From: Anaerolineales bacterium
GTDB lineage: Bacteria > Chloroflexota > Anaerolineae > Anaerolineales > JABWBV01
Direction: 5' to 3'
NCBI GenBank assembly: GCA_013359445.1
Contig: JABWBV010000082.1
Coordinates: forward strand, 1-16,404
Length of the DNA: 16,404 bases
The notes under the pieces are model-generated. The model did no database searches and was not told where the DNA came from. It saw only the letters and a program-made list of their open reading frames with translations. The number at the start of each line of letters is the position of its first letter. Positions within the stretch are counted from its first letter, which is position 1. The position numbers and the translations under genes are program-made. This document shows, in pieces, positions 9,152 to 15,474 of this stretch.

Positions 9152-9381
9152 CAAGGTTTACCCCTCTGTGCGGGAGTAATTACGTTAATTTTTTCCGTCT
9201 CTTCTGAGCCGGACGTTTGTTGATGCAAAAACAAAAATAACCGTTCCAGGTCTTCAAAATGCCATTCTTCCCCGGTCAAGACGTGGCGCGCCGTGGCCCG
9301 CCAGGGTGCGTCTTCCGCGGAACGCCACAAGCGGACGAGATAGGATTGATACATGGAGGAAGAAAGATTTCTTTCGGACAT
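9151..9381 (-). CDS. Small Trp/charged-rich conserved hypothetical protein, paralog A (76 aa)
   Basis: The start is ATG 9381 (MSERNLSSSMYQSYLVRLWR...) with a GGGAG Shine-Dalgarno 6 nt upstream; the track's start at 9393 is 4 codons longer. A paralog lies at 13282-13473 with the identical core EEWHFEDLERLFLFLH. That 16-aa identical block carries 7 synonymous and 0 nonsynonymous nucleotide differences, indicating purifying selection on this frame. The opposite-strand ORF 9259..9474 is not conserved in copy B. Confidence 0.7.
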   Translation of the reverse strand: MSERNLSSSMYQSYLVRLWRSAEDAPWRATARHVLTGEEWHFEDLERLFLFLHQQTSGSEETEKINVITPAQRGKP

Positions 9382-9385
9382 GGAG
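9205..9385. repeat. Copy A of an approximately 180-bp duplicated segment (direct repeat, about 75-80% identity, ungapped) carrying the small-protein gene
   Basis: It aligns without gaps to 13300-13480 at a constant offset of 4095 bp. For example, tgcaaaaacaaaaa[t/c]aaccg[t/c]tcca... and gcggacgagataggattgata occur in both copies. Confidence 0.7.
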
Positions 9386-9490
9386 ACTCCCATCTTACAA
9401 AATCCCCGTCACAAAAACGTAGCAAGCCCCCGCGCGTCCGCCTTCCCCGCCCGTTTCGAGAAGGAGCAGGGTAGTACTTGCGCGCTAGTT

Positions 9491-9496
9491 TATAAT
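9491..9496 (+). promoter_or_regulatory. Consensus -10 hexamer TATAAT placed 6 nt upstream of the DinB-like ATG; possible leaderless transcript
   Basis: TATAAT at 9491-9496 is followed by 6 nt (TTCAGC) and the ATG at 9503. No Shine-Dalgarno is present and no good -35 was found. Confidence 0.3.
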
Positions 9497-9502
9497 TTCA
9501 GC

Positions 9503-10021
9503 ATGAAAAAAACCATTTCTACCGAACCCACTCCAGAAAATATTCAGCACATTCTGCACATCCTTGCGGAAGTTCCAGCACACCTGGACAGACTCCGGCA
9601 AGGCATGGACGAACAGACTCTGAGAGAACCGCTGGCCCCGGACGAACGATCCTTCCATCAAATTCTAGCCCACCTCATCCACTGTGAAGCCCGCACCTTT
9701 GAAACGATCACCCTGGCCCTGCTCACTCATGAACCAGTCCTTTTCCCCATTCACCCGGAACGCGATTTCGGAAAGTTGTTCCCCTTCGAGCACCAACCCT
9801 TCTCCGATTTACTCGCCTACTTCAAACTCCGCCGCGCGGTGCTGTTGCCCGTGCTCAGTGGGCTGAACGAGAAAAAGTGGGCACGCGTGGTCCAGCAAGC
9901 AGGCAAACAACGGAAGGAGTCGGTGTACTGGCAAGCGCGCGTCCTCGCCCTGCACGAATGGGAACACGTGGAAGAGATCACCAAAAAGTTAGGGAGCGCC
10001 CCGTCCGTACTGAATCGGTAG
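9503..10021 (+). CDS. DinB/YfiT-like (DinB_2 superfamily) putative metal-dependent four-helix-bundle protein
   Basis: The start is placed at ATG 9503 (MKKTISTEP...); the longer track ORF from 9353 would overlap small gene A and lacks support. His-rich motifs are HQILAHLIHCE and the C-terminal LHEWEH (HxxxH), typical of the DinB_2 His triad. The protein is 172 aa. Confidence 0.65.
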   Translation: MKKTISTEPTPENIQHILHILAEVPAHLDRLRQGMDEQTLREPLAPDERSFHQILAHLIHCEARTFETITLALLTHEPVLFPIHPERDFGKLFPFEHQPFSDLLAYFKLRRAVLLPVLSGLNEKKWARVVQQAGKQRKESVYWQARVLALHEWEHVEEITKKLGSAPSVLNR

Positions 10022-10055
10022 CCTGCTTGCGTCCTGCGCCCCCGTTTGTACCGGG

Positions 10056-10061
10056 TACAAT
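10056..10061 (+). promoter_or_regulatory. -10-like hexamer TACAAT 6 nt upstream of the regulator ATG; possible leaderless start
   Basis: TACAAT at 10056-10061 is followed by AACCTC and the ATG at 10068. No Shine-Dalgarno is present. This is the same geometry as the DinB-like gene. Confidence 0.25.
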
Positions 10062-10067
10062 AACCTC

Positions 10068-13000
10068 ATGCCTGCCCCGCGCCTCGCGCTCACCCTCTTC
10101 GGGCCGTTTGAAGCCCTGGTCAACGCCCAGCCCCTCGCTTTTGCCACCGATAAAATCCGTGCGCTCCTCGCCTACCTCGCCCTCGAACCGGACAAACCCC
10201 ACCGCCGCGAAACCCTCGCCGCCCTGCTCTGGCCCGATTATCCCGACGAGACCGCGCTCCGCAACCTGCGCCAATCGGTGTACCGGCTCCGCCAAACGCT
10301 GGCCGACGCCGATCCCGACCTGCCCGCCCGCCTGATCACCCAAACCCGCCCAACCATCACTCTGCACGCCGCCGCGCTGACCACGGACACCGCCCGGTTT
10401 ACCGCCCTCGTGCAGGAGAGCCAAATTGCGCCTGATCCGCGCCCCCCTTTGACCGAATTGACCGCTCTCTACCGGGGCGAACTGCTGAAAGGGTTCGCCT
10501 TGTCCGACGCCTACGCCTTCGACGAATGGTTGAGCATCCAGCGCGAAATTTTCCACCAGCAAACGCTCGACGCCTTCACTCGGCTGATGTCGCGTCAGGA
10601 AAACGACCCCGACGCCCTGCTAACCACCGCGCCGCGCCTGCTGGCCCTGGCCCCCTGGCACGAAGAAACCCACCGCCAGATCATGCGCGCCCACTTGCAA
10701 AAAGGCAACCGCACGCAAGCCCTTGCCCAATACCAGACTCTCCGCACGACCCTGCTCCGCGACCTGGGCGTAGAACCCGCCCCCGCTACCACAGCCCTGC
10801 TCGCCCGCATTCAAACCGAAGCGCCTTACCCCGAAAACGCTCAAACCGCACCCATTCCCCCCCGCCCGACCCTGCGGAACTTCCCCGCGCCGCTCACCCC
10901 CCTCATCGGACGCAAAGCCGAACTGGACGCGCTCACTCAGATGCTGTCCGACCCCGCTTGCCGTCTGGTCACGCTGATCGGGCCGGGCGGGATGGGGAAA
11001 ACGCGTCTCGCGACCGAAACCGCGCGCCGCCTGTCGGCCCAGCCTCATCGGTTCACGGATGGGTTGTACTTCGTGCCGCTCACCCAACTCGAACAGGGGG
11101 AGTTGCTCCTCGCCACGGTGGCGCAAAACCTGGGCCTTACGCTTTCCGCCACCGCCGAGCCTCGCCGAGAACTCTTCCAGTATCTGCAAAGCCACCCCTC
11201 CCTGCTTCTCCTCGACAATTTTGAGCATCTCCTGCCCGACGCCGCGCCCATGCTGAGTGAACTTCTCGCCGCCGCGCCGGAGACCACGCTGTTGGTGACC
11301 TCCCGCGACCCGCTTGCCATTCAGGGCGAGTGGCTTTATCCGCTCGAAGGGCTGTCTTATCTTCCCGACCCGCGTGAAACTGACGCCCCGCTCGAACGCC
11401 CCGCCCCGCAACTGTTCATCCAAACTGCCCGCCGATACCGCCCGTCATTCGATCCCCCGGCCCACGCGGAATCCATCCTGGCGATCTGCCGCCTGACCGA
11501 TGGCTTGCCCCTTGCCCTCGAAATGGCCGCCGCGTGGATGCGCGCGTATTCCACCCAAGAAATCGCCGAACGCATTACCCAAAGCCTAGATTTTCTCACC
11601 AACCCCTATCGGGACGCGCCCGCCCGACAACGGAGCCTGCGCGCGATTTTCACTTCGACGTGGGAACAGCTCGCGCCGGAACCCCGCGCGGTGCTCGCCG
11701 CCCTGTCGGTGTTCCGGGGCGGGTTCACCGTCGCCGCCGCGTTAAACGTCGCCCAGGCTGGGGTTCTCGATCTGGCCGTGCTGGTCGAAAAATCCTTCCT
11801 GCGCCGCGCTGAACACCGTTACGATTTGCATGAACTGGTGCGCCAGTTTGCCGCCGAAAAACTAGGGGAGATGGGCCACGCGCCGGTGATTTTTGCCCGC
11901 CATGCGAACTTTTATCTCGCCACCCTGGCCCAACAAGCCCCTGGCTTGAACGGGCCATCCCCGCAGGAGGCGTTGTCGGCAATGCGCCAGGAGTTGGACA
12001 ATGTGCGCCACGCGTGGGCCTGGGCGGTCGCGAGGGCGGAGGTGCGGTTGCTCGAAATGGGACTGGAGGGGTTGGTACAGTTTTTTATGTTGACAGGGAA
12101 CCTTGCGGAGGGGGAAAACGCGGTCAAAAAGGCCCGCGCCGCTGTGTCGGCCCTGCCCGCGGCCCCCACGCCACTTCAAAGTCAGTTAGAGAGTTCGCTG
12201 GCGTGGTTCCGCGTGGGGTTGGGGAATCATCTGGCCGCGTTAGAAAATATTCAGGCCGCGCTGTCCCTTGCGGGGCAACATCTCCCCAGCCGCGCCCGTG
12301 CCCTTTCGATTTACGGGTGGGCGTTGCAAACAACCGGGAAGTATGCCGAAGCGGAAACGGCGTTGGAAGAGGCGATTACCCTGTTTGACCAAATGGGCGA
12401 TCTGTTTCAAAAATCTTTTGCGCTGATTCGCCTGGGTGGGGTTTATTGGCGGAGGCGGGATTTTGAGAAGACGCGGATGTATTATCAACGCTCGTTGCAA
12501 ATCGAACAAACGCTGGGAAACAAGCGAGGGATGACGCGCGCGTTCGGCGGGCTGGGGTTGGTGTATTTAAATCTGGAAAAATACCCGGAGGCGCTGGAAG
12601 GGTTGGGGCGGGCGCTGGAATTGGATCGGGAATTGGGAAATCTGGCAGGGGTGTCGCGCCATTTGGGGAACATTGGCGCGGCGCACTTGATTTTGGGTCA
12701 GTTTGAGCAGGCGCGGGCGTGTTTTGAGGAGGCGGCGGAAATGGATGCCCGGGCGGGGAATAAAGTGACGCTGGGCATTTGGAAGGAGAACCTGGGGATG
12801 GTGTTTATGCATCTCCAGCAGACGGATAAGGCGCGGCAGTGTTTTGATGCGTCCATTGGGTTGTTTCGAGAGGCGGGCAATCGGTTTAACTTGCCGGAGC
12901 CGCTGTTGGGCAAGGCGGATTTGCTGTTGGCGCGGGAGGAAGATGATGAAGCAAAAACGCTGATCGAGGAGGGGGTGCGCCTTTCGGACGAACTCAACCG

Positions 13001-13274
13001 CAAGGATACGCAGACCCGTGGGCGGCTGTTGCTCGCTCGTTGGCTCGCCCGGACCGATCCTGCCACCGCCCGCCAACAGTTGGAGACGATGCTGGCCGCC
13101 CTCGGTGATTTGCCCGCCGAGGAGACCCGCGCGCAGATTTATTTCGAACTCTGGCGCACGGATGGGCGCGAGGAGGATGCGGGGCGCGCGTTGGACCTGT
13201 ATCGGCGATGTTTGGGGAGGGCGCAGAAGTTTGAGTATCGGGTGAGGGTGGAGGCGTTGGAGCGTAAAACGTAG
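10068..13274 (+). CDS. AfsR/SARP-family large transcriptional regulator: OmpR-type winged-helix DNA-binding domain + BTAD, NB-ARC/STAND P-loop NTPase, C-terminal TPR repeats
   Basis: A 1068-aa ORF. The N-terminus LTLFGPFEALVNAQPL...KIRALLAYLAL is SARP-like. The BTAD region reads YRGELLKGF...DEWL...RLLALAPWHEETHRQIMRAHLQKGNRTQALAQYQTLRTTLLRDLGVEP. Walker A is LIGPGGMGKTRLA and Walker B is LLLLDNFEHLL. TPR-like repeats run through the C-terminal 450 aa. Confidence 0.9.
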   Translation: MPAPRLALTLFGPFEALVNAQPLAFATDKIRALLAYLALEPDKPHRRETLAALLWPDYPDETALRNLRQSVYRLRQTLADADPDLPARLITQTRPTITLHAAALTTDTARFTALVQESQIAPDPRPPLTELTALYRGELLKGFALSDAYAFDEWLSIQREIFHQQTLDAFTRLMSRQENDPDALLTTAPRLLALAPWHEETHRQIMRAHLQKGNRTQALAQYQTLRTTLLRDLGVEPAPATTALLARIQTEAPYPENAQTAPIPPRPTLRNFPAPLTPLIGRKAELDALTQMLSDPACRLVTLIGPGGMGKTRLATETARRLSAQPHRFTDGLYFVPLTQLEQGELLLATVAQNLGLTLSATAEPRRELFQYLQSHPSLLLLDNFEHLLPDAAPMLSELLAAAPETTLLVTSRDPLAIQGEWLYPLEGLSYLPDPRETDAPLERPAPQLFIQTARRYRPSFDPPAHAESILAICRLTDGLPLALEMAAAWMRAYSTQEIAERITQSLDFLTNPYRDAPARQRSLRAIFTSTWEQLAPEPRAVLAALSVFRGGFTVAAALNVAQAGVLDLAVLVEKSFLRRAEHRYDLHELVRQFAAEKLGEMGHAPVIFARHANFYLATLAQQAPGLNGPSPQEALSAMRQELDNVRHAWAWAVARAEVRLLEMGLEGLVQFFMLTGNLAEGENAVKKARAAVSALPAAPTPLQSQLESSLAWFRVGLGNHLAALENIQAALSLAGQHLPSRARALSIYGWALQTTGKYAEAETALEEAITLFDQMGDLFQKSFALIRLGGVYWRRRDFEKTRMYYQRSLQIEQTLGNKRGMTRAFGGLGLVYLNLEKYPEALEGLGRALELDRELGNLAGVSRHLGNIGAAHLILGQFEQARACFEEAAEMDARAGNKVTLGIWKENLGMVFMHLQQTDKARQCFDASIGLFREAGNRFNLPEPLLGKADLLLAREEDDEAKTLIEEGVRLSDELNRKDTQTRGRLLLARWLARTDPATARQQLETMLAALGDLPAEETRAQIYFELWRTDGREEDAGRALDLYRRCLGRAQKFEYRVRVEALERKT

Positions 13275-13281
13275 AACCAGA

Positions 13282-13473
13282 TCAAGAATCCCCCCTCTCC
13301 TTTCCCCCCGTCCGCTCGTGCAAAAACAAAAACAACCGCTCCAAATCTTCAAAATGCCACTCCTCCCCGGTCAGCACGTGCCGGACTGTCGCCCGCCAGC
13401 ACACTTCTTCTGAAGGACGCCAAAGGCGGACGAGATAGGATTGATAGGTGGAGGAAGCGTGGAGAGGGGACAA
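13282..13473 (-). CDS. Small Trp/charged-rich conserved hypothetical protein, paralog B (63 aa; apparent TTG start)
   Basis: (L/M)SPLHASSTYQSYLVRLWRPSEEVCWRATVRHVLTGEEWHFEDLERLFLFLHERTGGKERGDS. It has no in-frame ATG. The TTG at 13473 has AAAGG 7 nt upstream, and the frame is open upstream only to 13552 with no other start codon. Its stop lies 7 bp from the regulator stop on the opposite strand. Confidence 0.55.
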   Translation of the reverse strand: MSPLHASSTYQSYLVRLWRPSEEVCWRATVRHVLTGEEWHFEDLERLFLFLHERTGGKERGDS

Positions 13474-13480
13474 GAAAAAA
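13300..13480. repeat. Copy B of the approximately 180-bp duplicated segment carrying the small-protein gene
   Basis: Ungapped alignment to 9205-9385 at a 4095-bp offset, in the same orientation. Confidence 0.7.
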
Positions 13481-13500
13481 CCTTTACTTGCGAGTCGTTC

Positions 13501-13579
13501 CGGGAGCGAAATCCCTGAAACGGGCCATAAACGCCATCTGCGGGGGGCTGTTCATGTCGTCGTCTCAGGGATTTCTCCC
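13501..13579 (-). promoter_or_regulatory. Long-range stem structure in the 5' region of small gene B / 3' region of the FG-GAP gene
   Basis: CGGGA (13501-13505) and GAAATCCCTGA (13508-13518) pair with TCAGGGATTTC (13564-13574) and TCCCG (13575-13579). That is 16 bp with a 2-nt bulge, enclosing a 45-nt GC-rich loop. Confidence 0.4.
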
Positions 13580-13618
13580 GATGGTCGAAATGACGGATGG
13601 GAGAAGATGGGGGCTGAT

Positions 13619-13660
13619 GGACACGGAAAACCGAATGGTCAATCCGAGTCTTCCGTGTCC
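13619..13660 (-). promoter_or_regulatory. Perfect 10-bp stem-loop (GGACACGGAA / TTCCGTGTCC, 22-nt loop) downstream of the FG-GAP gene stop
   Basis: Seen directly in the sequence. There is no adjacent U-tract on either strand, so it is not a canonical intrinsic terminator. It could be a rho-dependent or attenuator structure, or part of a structured RNA. Confidence 0.4.
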
Positions 13661-13687
13661 ATCTGAGTTCGAGTCTGCTTTTCTGGC

Positions 13688-15427
13688 CTACCGCCCTAAT
13701 GCCCAACCAAACCGGTCATTCATCTCGGAGTCATCGGGAATGTCTGTCGATTCCTGATACCAGATTTGATTATCCACGGCGGTTAACCCGCTCCCCGATC
13801 CATATATGACATGGAGCGCCCCCGCGTCTGTCTCCGTGACCGCGTTCACCAAAACATCCTCATACGGAGCGCCCACCACCAGGTCGGTGAACCCATCCCC
13901 GTTGTAATCTCCGGCGGTCAAGGTGTAGCCGAACAAATCGTCCACTTCCGGCGCCCCCGTCACCAGGCCTTGCGCCCAAAGGTCTTGTCCGTCCGTGGAG
14001 AGCGTGGAGCCATTGCTATACAGCACCTGCACAAATCCCTGGTTCAACTGATCCCCATCCTGGAAGGGCACACCCACCGCCAGATCATCCACCCCATCAC
14101 CGTTGAAGTCGGCGGCGATCAACGCCTGTCCAAGTCGGTCCAGCGTCTCTGGCGCCCCCAAAATCCCGTCCAACCCCTGATAAAGAATCATATCGTTCGC
14201 GCCGGACAGCCCTCCTCCAATCGCCGAGCCGAACAACACATGCACGGCCCCCGCGTCGGTTTCATCGCCCACGCCATTATTCACATCCTCACCGGGCACA
14301 CCCACCACGAGGTCACCGGCACCGTTTCCATCAAAATCGCCCGCGGCCAACACCGTGCCGAAGCTATCATGATCTTCCGGGTTCCCTTGCACGCTATTTT
14401 CACCCTGTCGCCAGGCCGTTTCGCCCAAGAGCGAGATACCCGCGTCACTGCCCTGGAACACCATCACCGCCCCGACATTATCCACCCCCAATATGTCGTA
14501 ACCGGGAATGCCCACCGCCAGATCATCGAACCCATCGCCATCGAAATCTTCCGAAGCTAGGGCCGCCCCGAAATAATCGCCACTCGCCGGTTCCAAATCT
14601 ACCGATTCCAACCCGTGGTGGAAAATGATGTCGTCCAAGGCTTGCAAACCATCCGCCGAGCCATAAATGACATTCACCGCGCCCATCTCGGTAATCCCGT
14701 CCGATTCCAGGTCTTCTTTGGACGAACCCACCGCCAAATCCGCGAATCCGTCCCCGTTGAAGTCGCCGCTGATGAGCGCTTCCCCAAACCGGTCGCCCTC
14801 CTCCGCAAGGCCTCCAATCCCGTTCAAACTCTGACCGAAGGATTGTGTCCCGTTGTCGGTCAAACCCGTGCCCGGATACCCATAAATGACATCCACCTGC
14901 CCGACGTTGGTCATTCCATCCCGCCCCTCGCCAGGGGAACTGACCGCCAGATCGCTGGTCCCGTCCCCGTTAAAGTCACCTATCGCGAGGGCGAACCCAA
15001 ACTGCTCGTCCGGCAGGCTGACCCCAAGGATATTTTCCTGCGTCCAGAACTGATTGTTCTCCGCGTTCAGGCCATCTGCCGTGCCGTACAGGATTTGAAT
15101 TGCACCATTATCCGCCACCAACCCGTTGCGGTCTTCGGTCGGAATCCCGATGGCGAGATCGGCGTACCCGTCCCCGTTGAAGTCCACCAACCCGTTCGGG
15201 TCAGCGGGCGAACAGTCCAGCGTCCCCCCGCCAATCGAAGCAGGGCTGTCGCTGGAAATCGGGTTCCCGGCTCGTATAACAAGCGGCAGGTAAACCTGAT
15301 AACAGGTCGTCCCCCCCGCTACTGCAGGAGCAGGAGCCGCAAATGATCTCCCGTTCATGACAAAGGCTATCGCGATGAACAGGAAGAGGCTGATAATTTT
15401 TATACCGTTGAAAATTTTGTTTACCAT
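13688..15427 (-). CDS. Secreted FG-GAP repeat (integrin-alpha-like beta-propeller) protein
   Basis: The start is ATG 15427 (MVNKIFNGIKIISLFLFIAIAFVMNGRSFA|AP signal peptide) with an AGGAGA Shine-Dalgarno 7 nt upstream; the track start at 15481 lacks an SD. At least 7 FG-GAP repeats are present, e.g. DFNGDGYADLAIG, GDFNGDGTSDLAV, GDFNGDGFADLAVG, EDFDGDGFDDLAVG, GDFDGNGAGDLVVG, ADFNGDGVDDLAVG and GDYNGDGFTDLVVG. Confidence 0.85.
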   Translation of the reverse strand: MVNKIFNGIKIISLFLFIAIAFVMNGRSFAAPAPAVAGGTTCYQVYLPLVIRAGNPISSDSPASIGGGTLDCSPADPNGLVDFNGDGYADLAIGIPTEDRNGLVADNGAIQILYGTADGLNAENNQFWTQENILGVSLPDEQFGFALAIGDFNGDGTSDLAVSSPGEGRDGMTNVGQVDVIYGYPGTGLTDNGTQSFGQSLNGIGGLAEEGDRFGEALISGDFNGDGFADLAVGSSKEDLESDGITEMGAVNVIYGSADGLQALDDIIFHHGLESVDLEPASGDYFGAALASEDFDGDGFDDLAVGIPGYDILGVDNVGAVMVFQGSDAGISLLGETAWRQGENSVQGNPEDHDSFGTVLAAGDFDGNGAGDLVVGVPGEDVNNGVGDETDAGAVHVLFGSAIGGGLSGANDMILYQGLDGILGAPETLDRLGQALIAADFNGDGVDDLAVGVPFQDGDQLNQGFVQVLYSNGSTLSTDGQDLWAQGLVTGAPEVDDLFGYTLTAGDYNGDGFTDLVVGAPYEDVLVNAVTETDAGALHVIYGSGSGLTAVDNQIWYQESTDIPDDSEMNDRFGWALGR

Positions 15428-15474
15428 GATGATTTCTCCTAAAAAAATGATGGATTGTTGTCGTAGCGCGGGGA

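Noticed and set aside
9151-9381. Small proteins as RiPP precursor peptides or type I toxins
   Set aside because: There is no Cys/Ser/Thr-rich core, no hydrophobic TM helix and no adjacent modification enzymes (LanM/LanB/YcaO/rSAM). The conserved part is a charged, Trp-rich, probably globular helical region.
9259-9474. Plus-strand 71-aa ORF overlapping small gene A
   Set aside because: The same frame in the homologous copy B region hits a stop after 19 codons (MPLLPGQHVPDCRPPAHFF*). Minus-strand frame differences are overwhelmingly synonymous, so the minus strand is the coding one.
9353-9502. Longer N-terminal extension of the DinB-like ORF (start at 9353)
   Set aside because: The extension would overlap small gene A on the opposite strand and has no RBS or promoter support. 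The internal ATG at 9503 is immediately preceded by TATAAT, and the MKKTIS... sequence matches the size of DinB_2 proteins.
10068-13274. Antiviral STAND (Avs-like) defense protein
   Set aside because: The N-terminal domain is a SARP-type winged-helix plus BTAD transcriptional activator module, not a nuclease or other effector. The architecture matches AfsR-like regulators rather than Avs defense NTPases.
10526-13352. Numerous overlapping ORFs inside or opposite the regulator gene (e.g. 10526..11224+, 10620..11423-, 12567..13352-)
   Set aside because: These are GC-rich shadow ORFs with Arg/Pro/Gly-rich, low-complexity translations, whereas the 1068-aa frame has clear SARP/NB-ARC/TPR domains throughout.
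13488-13757. Plus-strand 89-aa ORF in the structured intergenic region
   Set aside because: It overlaps the 3' end of the FG-GAP gene and the inverted repeats, and has no ATG or RBS support. The region is better explained as structured non-coding DNA.
13811-15346. Plus-strand ORFs 13811..14560 and 14615..15346 inside the FG-GAP gene
   Set aside because: They lie opposite a gene with unmistakable FG-GAP repeats, have no RBS, and their composition (His/Arg/Pro/Val-rich) is typical of antisense reading of high-GC coding DNA.
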